Source: Phoronis australis (taxonomy: Eukaryota; Animalia; Phoronida). From it: DNA of 64,000 nucleotides. A program made the position numbers and the translations under genes. This document shows, piece by piece, positions 1-14,200 of this stretch. The stretch spans positions 62,001 to 126,000 of the forward strand of contig NMRA01000016.1 in the NCBI GenBank assembly GCA_002633005.1, read 5' to 3'. The notes beneath the pieces were generated by a model that was given only the letters and a program-made list of their open reading frames with translations, did not search any database and was not told the DNA's origin. Numbering within the stretch: position 1 is the stretch's first letter; each line of letters begins with the position of its first letter.

Positions 1-77
1 GATAATAGCATAAGGCAAACACAAACTGAATTGAAAGTTACGAAATGTTTTAATGTATTCTACAAATACACTACCTT

Positions 78-1906
78 AGTTTCGACGCATTTCCTGAAAA
101 GAGCCCTGTATAAGGTTCTAGAAGCTTTTTTAGTAAAAGTTGGGAACAAGGCTTTTTCACACAATCAAGGTATGGCAAATTGAACTAACCTTGTTTCCAA
201 GCCGAGTTTTGCATTTTTGACCATCTAATTAGCATAAACAAAATGGCGGCCAAATGTCAAGTTCAGATGTATTTTTGTAATAGAAATCACAACATACCAT
301 TTAAAATGGTGAAATGTCTCACCTGTACAGTTCTTATAAATATTTCTTGAGCAATACATCACTTATGAAAACTACAAATTGCAACTCTAAAAACTAATTA
401 TGCAAATTAGGTGCCGCCATTACCATACAATGTAATTTTCGTCTTAAGTTTGTGCTCCTGCAGGCAATCTTGAAAAATGGGGTGTCTATACTTATATTTC
501 CATGGCCAACAAACATGCTGAAGACATTTTTGAAGCAATTTACTGGGTTATAGATGTATACTTACAGAATGTGGAAAAATAGTCGTTAATCTGCAATGCT
601 CGTTAAGCAAGGAGTCACTATTTTGACGGAATATAGGGAAAAATGTTCACACTATCCCGTTATCTTCCATTCATAAAAATCCATATAGTTATTGTAATTG
701 AAGACATGAGATTTTCAATTGCACGAATTGTTTTCAGGCCTGCTGAACACAGTTTTAGCATTCACTTTTTGGTCCTTTTTAACATGCCTGAAGCCTGGCA
801 AATAAACTGTTTGCATACAAGGAATCTGATCATGAATGTACTGCTGGCATGTGCATAATGATATGCATCGCAATCCAAAATTCTTGCACTTGCATTGTCT
901 ACTGTTGCGTTGTTTCTGGCATGCACACAATACCATCTATAAGCAGCTGTCTGGGATTGAAATCTGTGTCATCATTATGAGCTGCAAGCATAAGTTTGTG
1001 TGTCCTTCCCATATCAGAGGGTGCTGGGAGCTCAGGTATGGAACAATGATCATTTTGCCACACCTTGACCTGACAATGCACTCTCATCAGATGGAAACGG
1101 CGGGCATTATGTGTTGGGGGAAGGACTTTTGGGTTCACTGGCTTGGGAAATATGCTGCAGACAAAGACTTCTGAAGCCATCGTAATTTTCTCAGTGAGAT
1201 CACCAATGCAGAGGTTCTTAAGCAATCTGTGATGCTCTTGGAACACCTTCCATGATGATTGTTTCATGTGATTAGCAAAGTACGAGTTGGTGCCAAACCC
1301 GGCCACGGCATGAAAAGCAAACAAGGATGTTGCTGAGTCTCGTAGCAGTTTGTAGAAAAGTGCTTCAATAGGTATATATCGTCGTTTCTTTGATGTGCCT
1401 GATATCATTCAGATATGCTCACATTGTATTTGGTGGAAGTGCTATACCAGAAGCAGTAGAACATCGGGTGTCCCTGGAAAACACGACTGACTGTGGACAC
1501 CATGCAGTGCCAATCTTGCATCTGCTTCTTCATGTGTGGATTTCACAGTCCTCAAATCAGTTACATCCTTAGATGATTTAATTGACGCCCAGTTCATCTT
1601 TGAACCTCCTGCAACCATAACCTCTTTATCTTCAGACGTCTACAAACACAGTTCCTCTGACAAGAAGTGTGCTAGGCCTGCTTTATTCTCAGCCATTGCC
1701 CAAAAATTTGACCAGTTTTGAGGAAGAGGTACATCACGGCCTTCCAAAAATCACTTGATTTGCCGTGTTCCTTTTCTGCGCTGTTTTCTTGTTGTGTCCT
1801 TCATTGTTTCTTGTCTGTATCTGTCAAATACAATATCAATTGATGATATCGAAATTCTGTGTTTAGCACTGCCTCTAACATGCACATTTTCCAGATATGA
1901 GCCTAG
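78..1906 (-). mobile_element. Decayed Academ (XPG-nuclease/Cys8 type) DNA transposon, 3' portion, inserted in an intron of astacin copy 1
   Basis: Minus-strand remnants: IDIVFDRY (~1830), HEEADARL..H and SRDT/DVLL (~1460-1535), RRYIPI..FHAVAG..NSYF...SSWK and LPPTHNA..H..RV..Q..VW (ORF 899-1408), and a Cys cluster CACQK..CKC...CISLCTC (715-936). TAG-starting terminus at ~77. Direct repeat ACTACCTT at 70-77 and 1907-1914. The paralogous intron (46740-46800) lacks the insert. Confidence 0.7.
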
Positions 1907-2033
1907 ACTACCTTTCGATTAACGAGACTCATCGTATGCTCTAAATTGGTGATATTTAAAGGAAATATAAACTTAGAGTAAATGTTTCCTCGTGTTCATT
2001 TGCGTGACATTTGCAGTTCTACATGTCTTGCAG

Positions 2034-2225
2034 GAAGGTGCTGTCGCACACGAGGTGCTGCACGCCCTCGGTATGGTCCACGAGCAGACCAGAAGTGACC
2101 GCGACGACTACGTGTCGATTAACTTCGACAACCTTCGACCGGAGGGCCACTCTGAGTACCGTAAATGGAAAACGAAGAATGTGCAGCCTTACGACGTGCA
2201 TAGCTTGATGCATTATGGTGCAAAG
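2034..2225 (+). CDS. Copy 1 catalytic exon (zinc site and Met-turn)
   Basis: EGAVAHEVLHALGMVHEQTRSDRDDYV...YDVHSLMHYGAK contains HExxHxxGxxH and SxMHY; cag|...|gtgat. Confidence 0.95.
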
Positions 2226-5200
2226 GTGATCCTTTACTGGATACTTAACAGCATTAGTGCCTATAAAAGCAGCCAGAAACTTGAAGAGCGTTCCGTATAC
2301 CACGTTTCTTGCGAGAAAAAGAATATCTGGCAGGGCCTTGCAAAATCACGTGAGGGATAAGTGTCCATCTTGGGAGTTTGCTTAGTAGCATTCGAGCCTA
2401 TCCAAGCAAAATGTCGGCCACTGGATTGCTTGGTCGGTGAGGTTGGAATGTTTGAAAACTGCTGGATTGAATTCACTGTTTCCGTTCCATAAACGGTGAT
2501 TTTTGCTGCAAGTTAACTTAATGACACGCGTGCACGGAATGCACGCATACCTTCTGTCACAGAAAACAGTTTTGATTTAGACAACTTACGGTGTCAAGTT
2601 GTCCGGCCTCAGTCGATGTAGCCTTGGTTTCTGGGCCTGGACAGAAATGATGCTTCGTTAATGCTCGAGACTAGACCGTACAGTTTGACTTGTCGTTTCA
2701 TTCGCCGAACGTGGTCTCCAGCAATAACGGACGGTCAGTTCTTTGCGTACCCAAAAATTATTTATCTTCTGAGCTTAGAACAAGTTGACCCCAATTTTAT
2801 AACATTAAGTGAGCCGCTTTAACGGATATGCAGTGACAATACCTCGCTCTATATCAAATAAGACACCTGTCAACGCACCGTTGTTTTGATCAACTTAGTA
2901 TTTCTTAAAAAACGTTCTAAATCAGCAAGCATGACCAGCGTTTCGAGTTGCTGGGCGCCTAGGGGAAAATTTTAGCACGACTAAAACTATACTGAACAAT
3001 TACCATAGCAGAAACGTGGCAGATCCAATGCATCTGGGCTCAAGTTAGTCATAAAAATGGCGTCGAGTAACTTAGCACCAAGGCTGCCCTCCGCAACAAT
3101 ATTCCATTTTGATGTTCGCTGGGTAACGGCAATACATTTATAATCTCACTGTCCGGATTCTGCGCTGTTGTTAGTTGGTAATAAATGTGCAGCTCGGAAG
3201 CAGCCTCTATCAGGCAGTCAACTCATGTGACTATCTAGTATTTTTGGCTTGCTCTTACTGTAGGTAGGAAAGAGGCTAAGGATCCACTTTGATTCAAATC
3301 TTAAACGATTAAGTAGACCATGTTAAAATGTCTAACTTCGGATATCATATCTCAGAAAGGTCCAGTCGGATTCGTCTGTCCACTGCCCTCAAAAAACGCT
3401 GTGAGAAATTCTTTCTACTTTTTCAAGAGAGGCTATCAAAATAGGAATTTATGAAACAACTTAAAAGTTGCATCCAACTAAAACAAAATCATAGTTTATG
3501 AGATTTTTGAATACATACAGTACCTCAAATAATATTGGGTCATGTTCTTGATATCGTTGTTTTGCAATGCTATGACTATATCTTTTTTCCTTCAATTTCA
3601 TAAAATGACAGGTCACGTGACGTAATTAATAGTAGTTTAGTATCGAATCAAAAATCAAAGTTTGCAGGTTCTCTGTTTTCAGAAAATACATATTTTCAAG
3701 AAGTTGATTTTTATACTTTTCTAGATCTTTAGCTAAATACGTAAACTTTTAGAGAAAGTCCCACATAAGCGTTTTCATCTATGAAGCACGCTTAGGTCTC
3801 CGTGTATGGAATAGCACGCGACAGAACCAGCATTTCCCTTATCTTTAAGCAAACCCGGGCTGCTGTCCATAGTCGTCAGTGTTCCGAAAAAGCGTAAGAG
3901 CAGGCAAGTCTTCGAGAGATGTTGCCGTTCATTACAACTAAAGCATGTGATCACGATAGCTTTACTCTCGCGTCGACGGAGCGCCTCACATAATAACGGT
4001 ACCCTAATACAACGTGCATGGACGATTTCAACCCTTAACTTTATGGTACAAGTGATGGGGGGCGCAGCACTGAAATACATGTAAGTGGGGGACTATAGCC
4101 CCACACACCCCCGTGGTACGCTGTAAATACAATTGTTACTGACTTTTCAGGAATTCAGAATAAATTACAAAAAGCCTACTATTTCTGTCAAAGCCAAGTT
4201 TCTAGAAAATCTTATCGGAAACCGCAAAGAGATGTCCTATTACGACGTGAAGACGTTGAACATGATGTACAACTGTTCAGGTTTGTTTGATTTGTTTTCC
4301 TTTCCTTTAATGGAAGGCCAGCCTGCTGCTGTGGCCCTAAACGCAATTCGAAGGTATAGTGATGACGTACAATGTATCTGCCATTAGTATGACGCGATTT
4401 GGACCCACGTTTTTCAAAAATTTTAGAGAGCCACCGGTTCAATTGAGCTCGTGAAATGTTTACAACGTTAAGTCTGGCTCACACATTTCAGTGCTATTTT
4501 GATTGGGGTTTCAAAACGCCAAAATGGCGTATTACTAGACAATTGAGCAACGTTAATTATCTTGACCTGGTCACGTGTATCAGCTGCAGAACCTTGCTCG
4601 AGACTGTACTTCAAGACTGACCAATCACACTATGTGAAATCTGAAAGTTCATTCTAAGGTCGAATAGTGAGAGTCATTAGTCATGTGAACGTCCGCGATG
4701 TCAAAATCCTGACCAACGTAATACCAGTAGCCGGAATTGGTTGCCAGAGACAAGTTCAAGTGATCAAAACCACTGCTCGAGGCAGTAGTCCCCCATCGTG
4801 ATTTCGGTTGCTTATCCACCCTACATGATACCTCTTACTGTCGCCAATATACCTGAATTGCGATTGATGTATTGGCCGTTAGATTGTTCTCGTCAGGGTT
4901 GATTGACTGTTATTTAACCAATTCTGGTGCAGGATCAGTTTAAAATGTCTGTAACGAGACGATGTATATTTATGTACCCGGACCGTTGATAGGATTCTTT
5001 CACGGGATATCTTGAATACTCTACGCTGGCGAATGCATGCCTCAACGTTTGATGTCGTAATTTTCGAATTTCCAAAAATAATGTGTGTGCATCTTACCCA
5101 GAAAGCAATTCCCCTACAAACAATACGTTTAGAGCGTATTTAACGATTGCACTCCATTTTGCAGGTATGCCCAAAATGTATTTTGCACAGCCAAGTACAG

Positions 5201-8200
5201 TTCTAAAAGCTCGGTAATGAAAGATTTGGAGTCGTGTTTTATTTGTAGCTGGCTGTAATCTTCAATGCCAGAATGACGGCTACTCTATTAGAGACAGTCA
5301 GGGTACTTGTCGGTGCACCTGTCCCGATTACTTCAAGGGCACGCACTGCGAGCTGATTGATGACAAAGGAGGTACTTTTCACATTTGAGACTTGCTTTCG
5401 TCAAAGTTAAGAAAACCTTACGTAGACCAAAATATTGTCCCAGAAACACTGGCGGCTTACCGACCAGAAGATTTTCGTCAATGTTTAAAATCACTTGAGC
5501 GACATTAATTATGTATTGTATGTAAATGGTTAAGCTTGATCGTGAAAGCATTCTTTTCCTTGTGACCTACAATGTGTTTTTTAATGCACGGATTCACCTA
5601 TCATGGCGGACATAAAAATGCTCATTGGTATTAGACATCGTGCCCACAAAACAATATAGAAGTCACATGATGATTACAGAATGTAGGAAGCAGTATGACC
5701 TGGTGGGATAAGTGTTTGCCTCCTTTACTCAAAGTCGTGGGTTCGAGTCCAACTGAGACACACTGCTAGACGCTCGAGTCAAGTCTCCACCTTATCACCT
5801 CTGTTTTAATTATGAAAAGAGCATACATTTTTGAGCAGTGCAATCCGTCCACCAGAGAGGTCTACGCATGCCGATACAATCAATTTGTATCACACCACCT
5901 GCACTTATTTTTTACATTTTACATTCTATTTTCGTGCAGATTCAAGATAATGCTTTAAGTTCGAGTCTGAACTCGTTTTCACTCAAGATTATAGCTCGAA
6001 TGTAAGAGCCATCAAATGCGAACTTGGACTAGATATTGACCACCAAAATCCAGAACAAGCACATTATAATTGATGTTTATCTTCATTTAGCACAAAAGTA
6101 GAATGTCACATGTCAACGAAAACAGTTGCAAGTTCGGTACCGAGTACCTGAAATACCTGAAATACTTGAAATACCTGTCACGGACAGGATCATTGGGCAT
6201 ATGCTTGTACATTGATCCCCTCCCCAGACACAGAACTCCAGGGGTGACGTTGCCTGTAAGCATCTCGGTACCGAGTAGAAAGAGTAGACCCGAGGAGTGA
6301 ACATGGTATTAGTGTATCATTATTGCCATCGACAAATTTTATATTCTACAGGCTGCAGTGGGAAATACAAACTCCAAGATGCTGGAGATGTGGTCACGAT
6401 TTTCGGAGAAAGCACTAAAGAACGAGACGATAGACAATGTGTGTATCTTATTGAGGTGAGCAAATTTGCTAGGAACAGTTATTGGTCACATGTAAACAGA
6501 ATACTGACTGATGTCGTCTTATTTGAAGCAGTATATGTAATTCTTCTACTGCAATGCATTCTTGCATTAAAGGTGTCAAAAAATGTGTCATTTAGGTCAG
6601 TTTTTACGTTTTTTTCCAGAGTTCAAGGATTCTTAGAGTCCATTTCAACGCTTTTTTCCTGAAAAGAATTTTCCGCTGCTATGCCACATTGGAAGTTCGC
6701 TTTAATCTCATTGGCCAACTCGGCATTACGTAAGTTGCAAAACGCTATTTCTAATAGAGATGGAACTCTCTACAACTTATTAGTGTTTGTCACTAGTCTC
6801 ATTTGGTAAATTCTTTTTAAACAATTGTTCCGGTGTGACGTACCAGGGTTGTGTTGTCCTTAATAAAAGCACGTCAAAATCTAGGCAGTATTTTCATCCT
6901 ACGTTCTTGCATATGTTACGGAGTGATTGTTTGTGAAGGGTTAGGTTGCGCAGTTGGCTGCGAAGTGGACTATACGTGTTGCAAAGTAGACTGTTAAGGC
7001 CTACGGGTGATTAGAGTGGCCTGTGTCTTTAATAGTTAACTTTCGAAATATTGAAATTCACTAAACCGCCAGACGGCGATCAGGTCTTTGGTTGACAGGC
7101 GTTCACCGGCACCTACAGATGCCATGTTATGGGGACGATAGGTTTCAACCAACTGTTATAAATATCATTTTAATACCTTTCCTGCTATTATAGTGCCACT
7201 ACTGTCCGGGGGGTGGGTGAACTAATGTCCTTCGACGAAGGCAAACCTTTTCACATTGGATGAACAAGGACATGGTATTACTTTCATTTATCACTCCGAA
7301 TAAGTATCCACCGAGAAAGCCACCCTGCTCCGTTGATAAAGCGTGAGAATTTCAATCCCAGCCGGTGTAAAAAAGCTGAAATAAATTTGTAAACTTAAAC
7401 TAATCCAACGGTGGGAGAAGCCGACAGTAGAAGATGTCCCTCTGCGTCTAAATTAATGAACCACAATGTAGTAGGCGAACTTCTGTCAACTAAATCTGAG
7501 TCGACATCAACCGGAAGTCCATTTCGGGCTTCCATTACTCTCGAGAGCATCGCTGTAGTTAGCCGGAATAGAAAAAAAAACGTTTGGGAGATCGCGAGGT
7601 TACGGTCGAAACACTCTACTTTCGCTGGCCTAATTTTTCGCAATCTCGACAAACTGACATAAGGACTTTTGGAATATTCTGTCGGTCGACTGAGTTCTCC
7701 GGCACACTCGTGTGTGTTTGAAATACAGTATAGATGTAATCAAGTATGTCCTTTACGCATGCGTATTATTTACTCAAGTAGCTTCGTAGTATGTCATAAT
7801 CCGGTGAGGGAAGTTTGGTGATTGCGAACAACCATTCAATAGTCCTACTCAATGACTTTCAGGCTTTGCGGAACCCGACCACCGGAGGATTTCTCCACCC
7901 TTGACGGTAGTGGTATGAAAAAGTTGTTGCTGGTGTTCCGCGAGTCAAGATCATTTCGCCATTCGGCCAAATACAATATTTCGATATTTGCGTCAGATCC
8001 TACAGGTAGTATGACTAGTTAAGGCATACCGTGTAGTGATAGTGGGTTTGAGCACCGATGAACCGATGAGTGCGAAAGCCTTGCATCACAAAACTTGAGT
8101 TTTCTAATTTCAAATAGTGCCATTGCTGTAACAGACAAGGTTAGCTAGTTTTGGTCATAATCTTAAAACTGTTAAAGAATCTTTCAAATTTTGTAAGTGC

Positions 8201-11200
8201 AATGAGTAGATAGGGAACCCGTACATTTATAGCACTTTAGCGACGCATTGTCACCGCACTAAGGTTAAGAAGGTTTTGGCGGTGAGTTTAACATTTGAAT
8301 GCAACTAATTTACCATTTCAAGGTGACTTAGAAGTATGCTGATTCCACCTATGTCATCATAATCGCAATATGACCTTGACCTATTTCAGATCCCTGTTTA
8401 AAGAACCCTTGTCCAGTAGGTGCTGCGTGTATCTTCCAGGCGCCCAGTTCATTTCGATGCCTTTGCCCGCCGGGAAAAGCTGGAAAAGACTGCAATGTTA
8501 AAGGTTCAACACGTTCAGCTTGAGCGAGAACTCTTCTATGTGTTTAACTTTGCGGGCTTATTCTTTCAGCGAATTACGTACGACACCTAGCAGTTACTTT
8601 GTACTTTTCGCTGTATTGAATACGTTAATACGCGTCCACCGTGTTACATGTGTCTTAATCTTTTGCCGTGCAATGTGTGAAACTAAGATTGCGGCCAAGA
8701 AACGATTTTTTCAGTTTATGCTCATGGCATAAGTTTTTTAGTGCCGTTATAGCTTAATGAAGTTCAGGGATGAGTACGGCGTGCGGATAGAATCCTCCGA
8801 TTACGTCGCTAGTCATGCTTTCAGATCCGTGCGTGCCTAATCCTTGTCATGAGAAAGCGACCTGCAGCGGCGTGGGTGACTCCTTCAAGTGTAAATGCCC
8901 GTCTGGCTTATTTGGAACGGCTTGTGACTCCGCAGGTATGATCAACGTTCACCATGAAATTGCTTAGAACCCAAGCATTGCCACGTGATCTGAGACATCG
9001 TTGTATTTCCGTTATTATCACAATAGAGGCGGGCACCGCAAAATAAATGTATGTATACCACCCCCCTTCCCCCTGAGCACCGACATTGCCTTTTACGGAT
9101 AGCATGAAAATTTTATGCGCACACTAGTGTAGCCTACCAATCAGTCAATTTGAAAATAAATCTACGGACTTCTCGCATTCGAGGAATGCCGTTGAACTCA
9201 TGCTGTGTCGTACAGTATGCAGGAGCGACCGGAATGATTCCAAGTAGCAGACTGAGCAAATAGATATTCGATGACATGCGTTTAGTTGTTGGTCGTCTCT
9301 GCCAGCTTATCGGTCACATTATGTATCTATGTCGGCTCTGGGATTGTCAGCCTCACTTCTTTTAAATTCATGCATCTGTATTGACTATTTCTAAATGTCT
9401 CAACTCTCAGGGGCTTGAGCGGTTGGTGAAAACCATTGCTTGATATCAGTAGTGCACTAGGATGTCACATGGGAGACTTCGTTAGCCCAAAATGCGATGT
9501 GCTGGCCCAGTTGCTGTCACTTATCTAAATCCAGTTGTGGAGAGGGTCGACGACATGTGTGTCCTTTAGAGCAAATTTGATTGACTGATGCCTAGGGCTC
9601 AGCAATTTTATACGCAAACCTGAGGAAACAGTGATACGATTCTGCCATCATATTTTGAATATTGCCTTCAAATCTGTGCTGGACAAAGTAGACGTATTTT
9701 ACGGTGGTAAACCATTCTGATTTATTTGTATTGTGCTCCAGTCACCTCGGCGTTGTTTTTATAGCAATCTGTGCTTTACCAAGCTATATATTTCACTCAC
9801 CAGTAACCGGTAAATCGGCCGTCATCGAGTTGAAATTTATGTCACTCTGGTAAATTCTAGACATCACCGTAAGTTGTACTCTATTTTAGATCTGAAGACG
9901 AATTTCTGTTTACAAACATTTGATGTGAACAGTTCAAGTGTCTTGAGGAATTTTTCCTTTTTTGAAGTTAAAATTTACAAGGCTGCTATACACCCGCCTT
10001 AAACTATTTTTAGATAGACCACGTGCCGTTATGAAATTGTTACAGTATGTCAAGTGAAAGGTAATGGGGCTATTCGGAGAATTCTCCTCAAGGTGTCGCT
10101 GCTGTACTAGTGGTGATTGAATTGCGCATGCGTGGCTGTCTGCATGTAAACAACTGGTAAAAGATGGAATTTTTATCAAAATACGTCGTCGCGCTGAGCC
10201 TTATTACTGCTAATTTCCCTGGTGCAAGTCTTCGACAGGTGGCCACAAATTCCCAAAAGACCTAGGGTTACTATATTCGTGGACAATTGCGGTCAACAGG
10301 GTCAACTAACTGACAAAAAGTGTGTGGATGCTGAAGGCCCGTGTGTGCTCTATGACTATGCAGCTCCATTCGTTCGGAGACTACACAACATTACTTGGTA
10401 AGTTTTTAGCAATCAGTTTCTATCAACATCGTTCGGTGATGACATCCCCACCAGTTACCCCACTGAATAACAGTTTTATTGAGTGGAACTAAGTGTTTCT
10501 GTTTGGAAACTCACCCGATGTCGGGTAGGCTAGCAGCACATATTCATATTGTCCTGGGTGGGAGTGCTCCCAAAATAAGAGGTGTATGGTACGTGATGCA
10601 CAGAAGTCAAGAATGACTTTTTCACAGCAGTTTCTCTTCAAAACTATGCTGTTTCCAATCAAATTCTCTAGATGAGTGAGTTTCCTTATTTTATCGTGGA
10701 CCCCACCCCCAGGACCACCAGCTCAGTTATCGAATTAACATGAATAAGCCTTAATTCAGTAAATGTCGTAACATTGCATTGGAAAAAATTGACACCTAGA
10801 ATGAATTTTACTTGTTGAGATCAGAAGCACATTTTAAGTGTCATGAAAAATACACATTGTTAAATCACTTTTAGCCTGTTTCACATATTTTAATTCAGAT
10901 ATTAAATAAGACTTGGGTACAAAGGTTATTAGTTTCTACACATAAACATGAAGATGAAATGTCAAGTATGTTCTGCCTTACAAAAGTAGTTTTGTCTTGT
11001 CTTTTCTTTTACAATTTGCTAATATTTCTATTCTGTTACAGGCAAGAAAAAACAACTGAAACCAACCGCCTGACCATCTATTTCACCGTTGGACAAAGTG
11101 AAAAGCAATCCTTCAGCAATAACCTGAGAGAATTGAACGTAATTCAGAAATTCAGCACCTGATATGCCTGATTATGGACTCCCTCGCAATGTTGTTTCTT

Positions 11201-14200
11201 TCTGTGCTTTTTCAGTTTGCCATTTGTTTTTAAATACACTGATAATTGTTTATTCTCGAATCTTGTGCATAGCAGCTAGCTACAATTGAAAACATACAAT
11301 AAGACAATCGATGCAGTCACTGAATGTCATTTCCCCATAATCTGTACCAAATTGAAAAGTTTTTACCAATAGTATAAAGCCTTTCTTCTGAAAGGAAAAT
11401 TTAATGTCACTCAGCTTTTGGCTTTCATTTCACTGGGTTCTAGTTTCAGTGGCCTATAGAAGCGCTTGTAAAAAAGTTCCAGTTTCAACACGTGGCTTTC
11501 TTTCATGTAACCTCATTCAGCCTCAATAACATCCACAATTAGACCCTTGAAGGTGAATACAGCAGCATATCACTTGAATGGTTTTGAGCCCAAAATCAGA
11601 CTTTGAACTAGACCAAAGTGTGACTAGGACTTCTTCAGCTTCAGTCCCTCATGTTTCTTCCAGGAAAGGAAATAAGATATTGTCCACACATGACTCATTG
11701 CCTATAAAAGGGCATCCTCATCAACAAGGCTTATTTGTGTAGCAGTCAGATATAGTTCATCTGGATACACAGACACTCCACTGGCACATTGTCTTATGGT
11801 AACTTAGTACTGTGATTCACATTTCTCCAGGACCACTGACTTGCACATTGTGCCATGCAGCACTGCTGGTGTGTGGAATTGCTGTGGGAAGAGAATGGAG
11901 TAACAAAGCTTGTCTATGATACAGCTTGAAGTGGCCTTAAAATGTCACTGAACCTGGAACAAATATTGAAATATGAATAATTAAGTACTCCAGATTGGAT
12001 CAAAAATGTTATCCCTATTTTTCAAAAATATATGGTGATTGGTGTACAGTTTCACATAAAAGTAAATAATTACTATTTTCAGAAAGCAAGGGTGTATATA
12101 ATGAGTATTGCATAAAACTGTGTCTTTATTTTTTATCCCTAGCCATAACAATTCTTTAAACGCATCACTTGTCTGTAAATAATACAATTTTTTTGAGACA
12201 ACTTCAAACCTTTGTTACCCATTTTCAAACCTTTTTAGTTTTGATACTTTCAGCAATTTTAAACTCAGATTACAGGTTCATGGGTCTGTCAAGCATACTT
12301 CTAGCCTAAGGTTGAGGGAACCGTTTTTCTTTTAATAGAAGATATGAAGACTTGGGTCATTTAAAAATGATGGATAATCTTTCTGTTGTTTAAGAGTAAT
12401 TACAAATCGTAAGGACCATCAAAAATGCAATTTTCACAAAAATGGCAGTCATTTGAATTTATAACGACTTGCAACATTTCAAGGCATGAGTTAAGACTGT
12501 TCAGTAACTGTGAATTCGGAAAATGTAAAATATTTTCGTGGTTTTACAATTGATACAAGTAGCAAAACAGTTTCATGAAATCAACTTAGAAGGGACTTCG
12601 TGAAGAATTACCTCACCATGCTCTTTTCCCGAAACATGTATTACCTATTATTTCCACACATTCAGTTGTACCAAATATTACAACCCCCCATGCTAATCCC
12701 CCCTCGGGACTTGAATAAGTAATTTAACAAAATTACTTTAAAAAATAGCTGTTCCTTTTCAAAGGTTTTGTTCGTTGTCTCCAATATTGAAAGTAGGCTT
12801 TGAAAACAGATCTGCACTGGATGGGAAGATCTTGTTGGTTAGCTGCAGTCAAATGCTAAAAACCAATTTTTGTCCATTCAGGGACGGTGCAGAAGCGATG
12901 CATATCTCCTCTGCACGGTACAAGCCTTCAAACCTAAAAACCAAAGGTTACGTGAAAACTGACGTGACAGATTTCCATTTCAACGTTTAATAGATTTCCA
13001 GAAGACATATGATAGGGAGTAAACAGATAGTCTAATGCAATGGATATTTATCACTCATGTACCCTTTGGCATTGAGATTGGATTGTAATCTTAACTCATT
13101 AACCTGTATCGAGTTGACAGCATAAACATTCAGTATTGACTGATGTAACTATCACTGATAAACTTTTAGAAATCATTCCAAACAATAATAATGCTTTGAT
13201 GTGTGAAAAGATCCCGATTGCTACGTCAAGTGTCGTATCACATATCACAACATACAAAGATTAACCAGACTCTGACTGGTGACTGACTGCCGCGAAGTCG
13301 ACATCGGCGAGTTAACAGGCATCGGTAGAATAATCATGAAATAATCGTTAAAATAATCACAAACCTTACCTTTGTACGAGGTCGTACTTACTTCCTCTCA
13401 CAGAAGCACCCTTTTTACGCAATCTCAGATTCAGTTCGCACGGCTGCAAGCCATTTCACCATGTATTTAAAGGGCTCGCGAAATCGAGGCTGTTAATCTA
13501 TCACCACTAGTACACGCACGCCCTCTAGTTGTTGTAGATTTTCCGAATAGCCCCATTGCAGGGCTAACACAGGAGCGATGAAGAACTGCCAATTATTTCT
13601 AATCCCAAGTGCCTGTTTTCACTTAAGACTTGATTCAGAAATTTGGGGTTATGCTGCACACAACTATTTCAAAATCTTACTTGAACGGAAGAGCAAGGCC
13701 TCTGAGAATACACACATGATTGCTGGTTACTTACATATAGACACACCCGCCGTACAGTATTTTAGCTAGACCACTTACAGTACAGCTGTGCAACTGGTTA
13801 CAGTATGTCGAGTGAGAGGTACTGTAATTGGAGCCAACTTACTAATCCTAAAGGCTCGTTTGACTTGAGACTTCATTCAGAAGTTTGATGTGGCGCTCCA
13901 CACAACCATTTCTGAAACATAACTAAATGTCTCTTGAACGAAAGAGCAAAGTTTCTGAGAATATATACAAAACTGTTACTTACTGGGACAATTTTCATCA
14001 ATTATTTCTATGCTGTGGTACGCCCATAGTCACTTGCTAAACCTTTATTCACCAAGTGTGAGGTGGGAGCACATTACACGTACTACATGTAAATGTCTGT
14101 CTTAGTCTTTTAAAAGTCCTTTCTGATGAAACAGACTCTAGAAGTCACGTGCCTGTTGCATAAATAATCAGGTGGTACCAGTGGTTTCGATTAAAGTTTT

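Larger units (their letters stand above)
10066..13554. mobile_element. ISL2EU-type (PIF/Harbinger group) DNA transposon, non-autonomous and decayed
   Basis: TIR GGGGCTATTCGGARAAT plus subterminal TGTACTAGTGGTGAT at both ends; 2-bp AT TSD (10064-65, 13555-56); THAP relic on the + strand and SAP/YqaJ relic on the - strand. Confidence 0.8.

Noticed and set aside
5165-5213. Extra small exon before EGF1
   Set aside because: Its 49-nt length would break the frame and the downstream intron would be only ~35 nt.
5686-5790. tRNA gene
   Set aside because: It has Pol III boxes but no intact cloverleaf, and dispersed diverged copies indicate a SINE.
9890-10002. Alternative terminal exon after EGF3 (DLKTNFCLQ...PP*)
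   Set aside because: The acceptor is shared with copy 2, but all intron sequence is similarly conserved, there is no domain signal, and the MAM exon at 14340 fits the phase.
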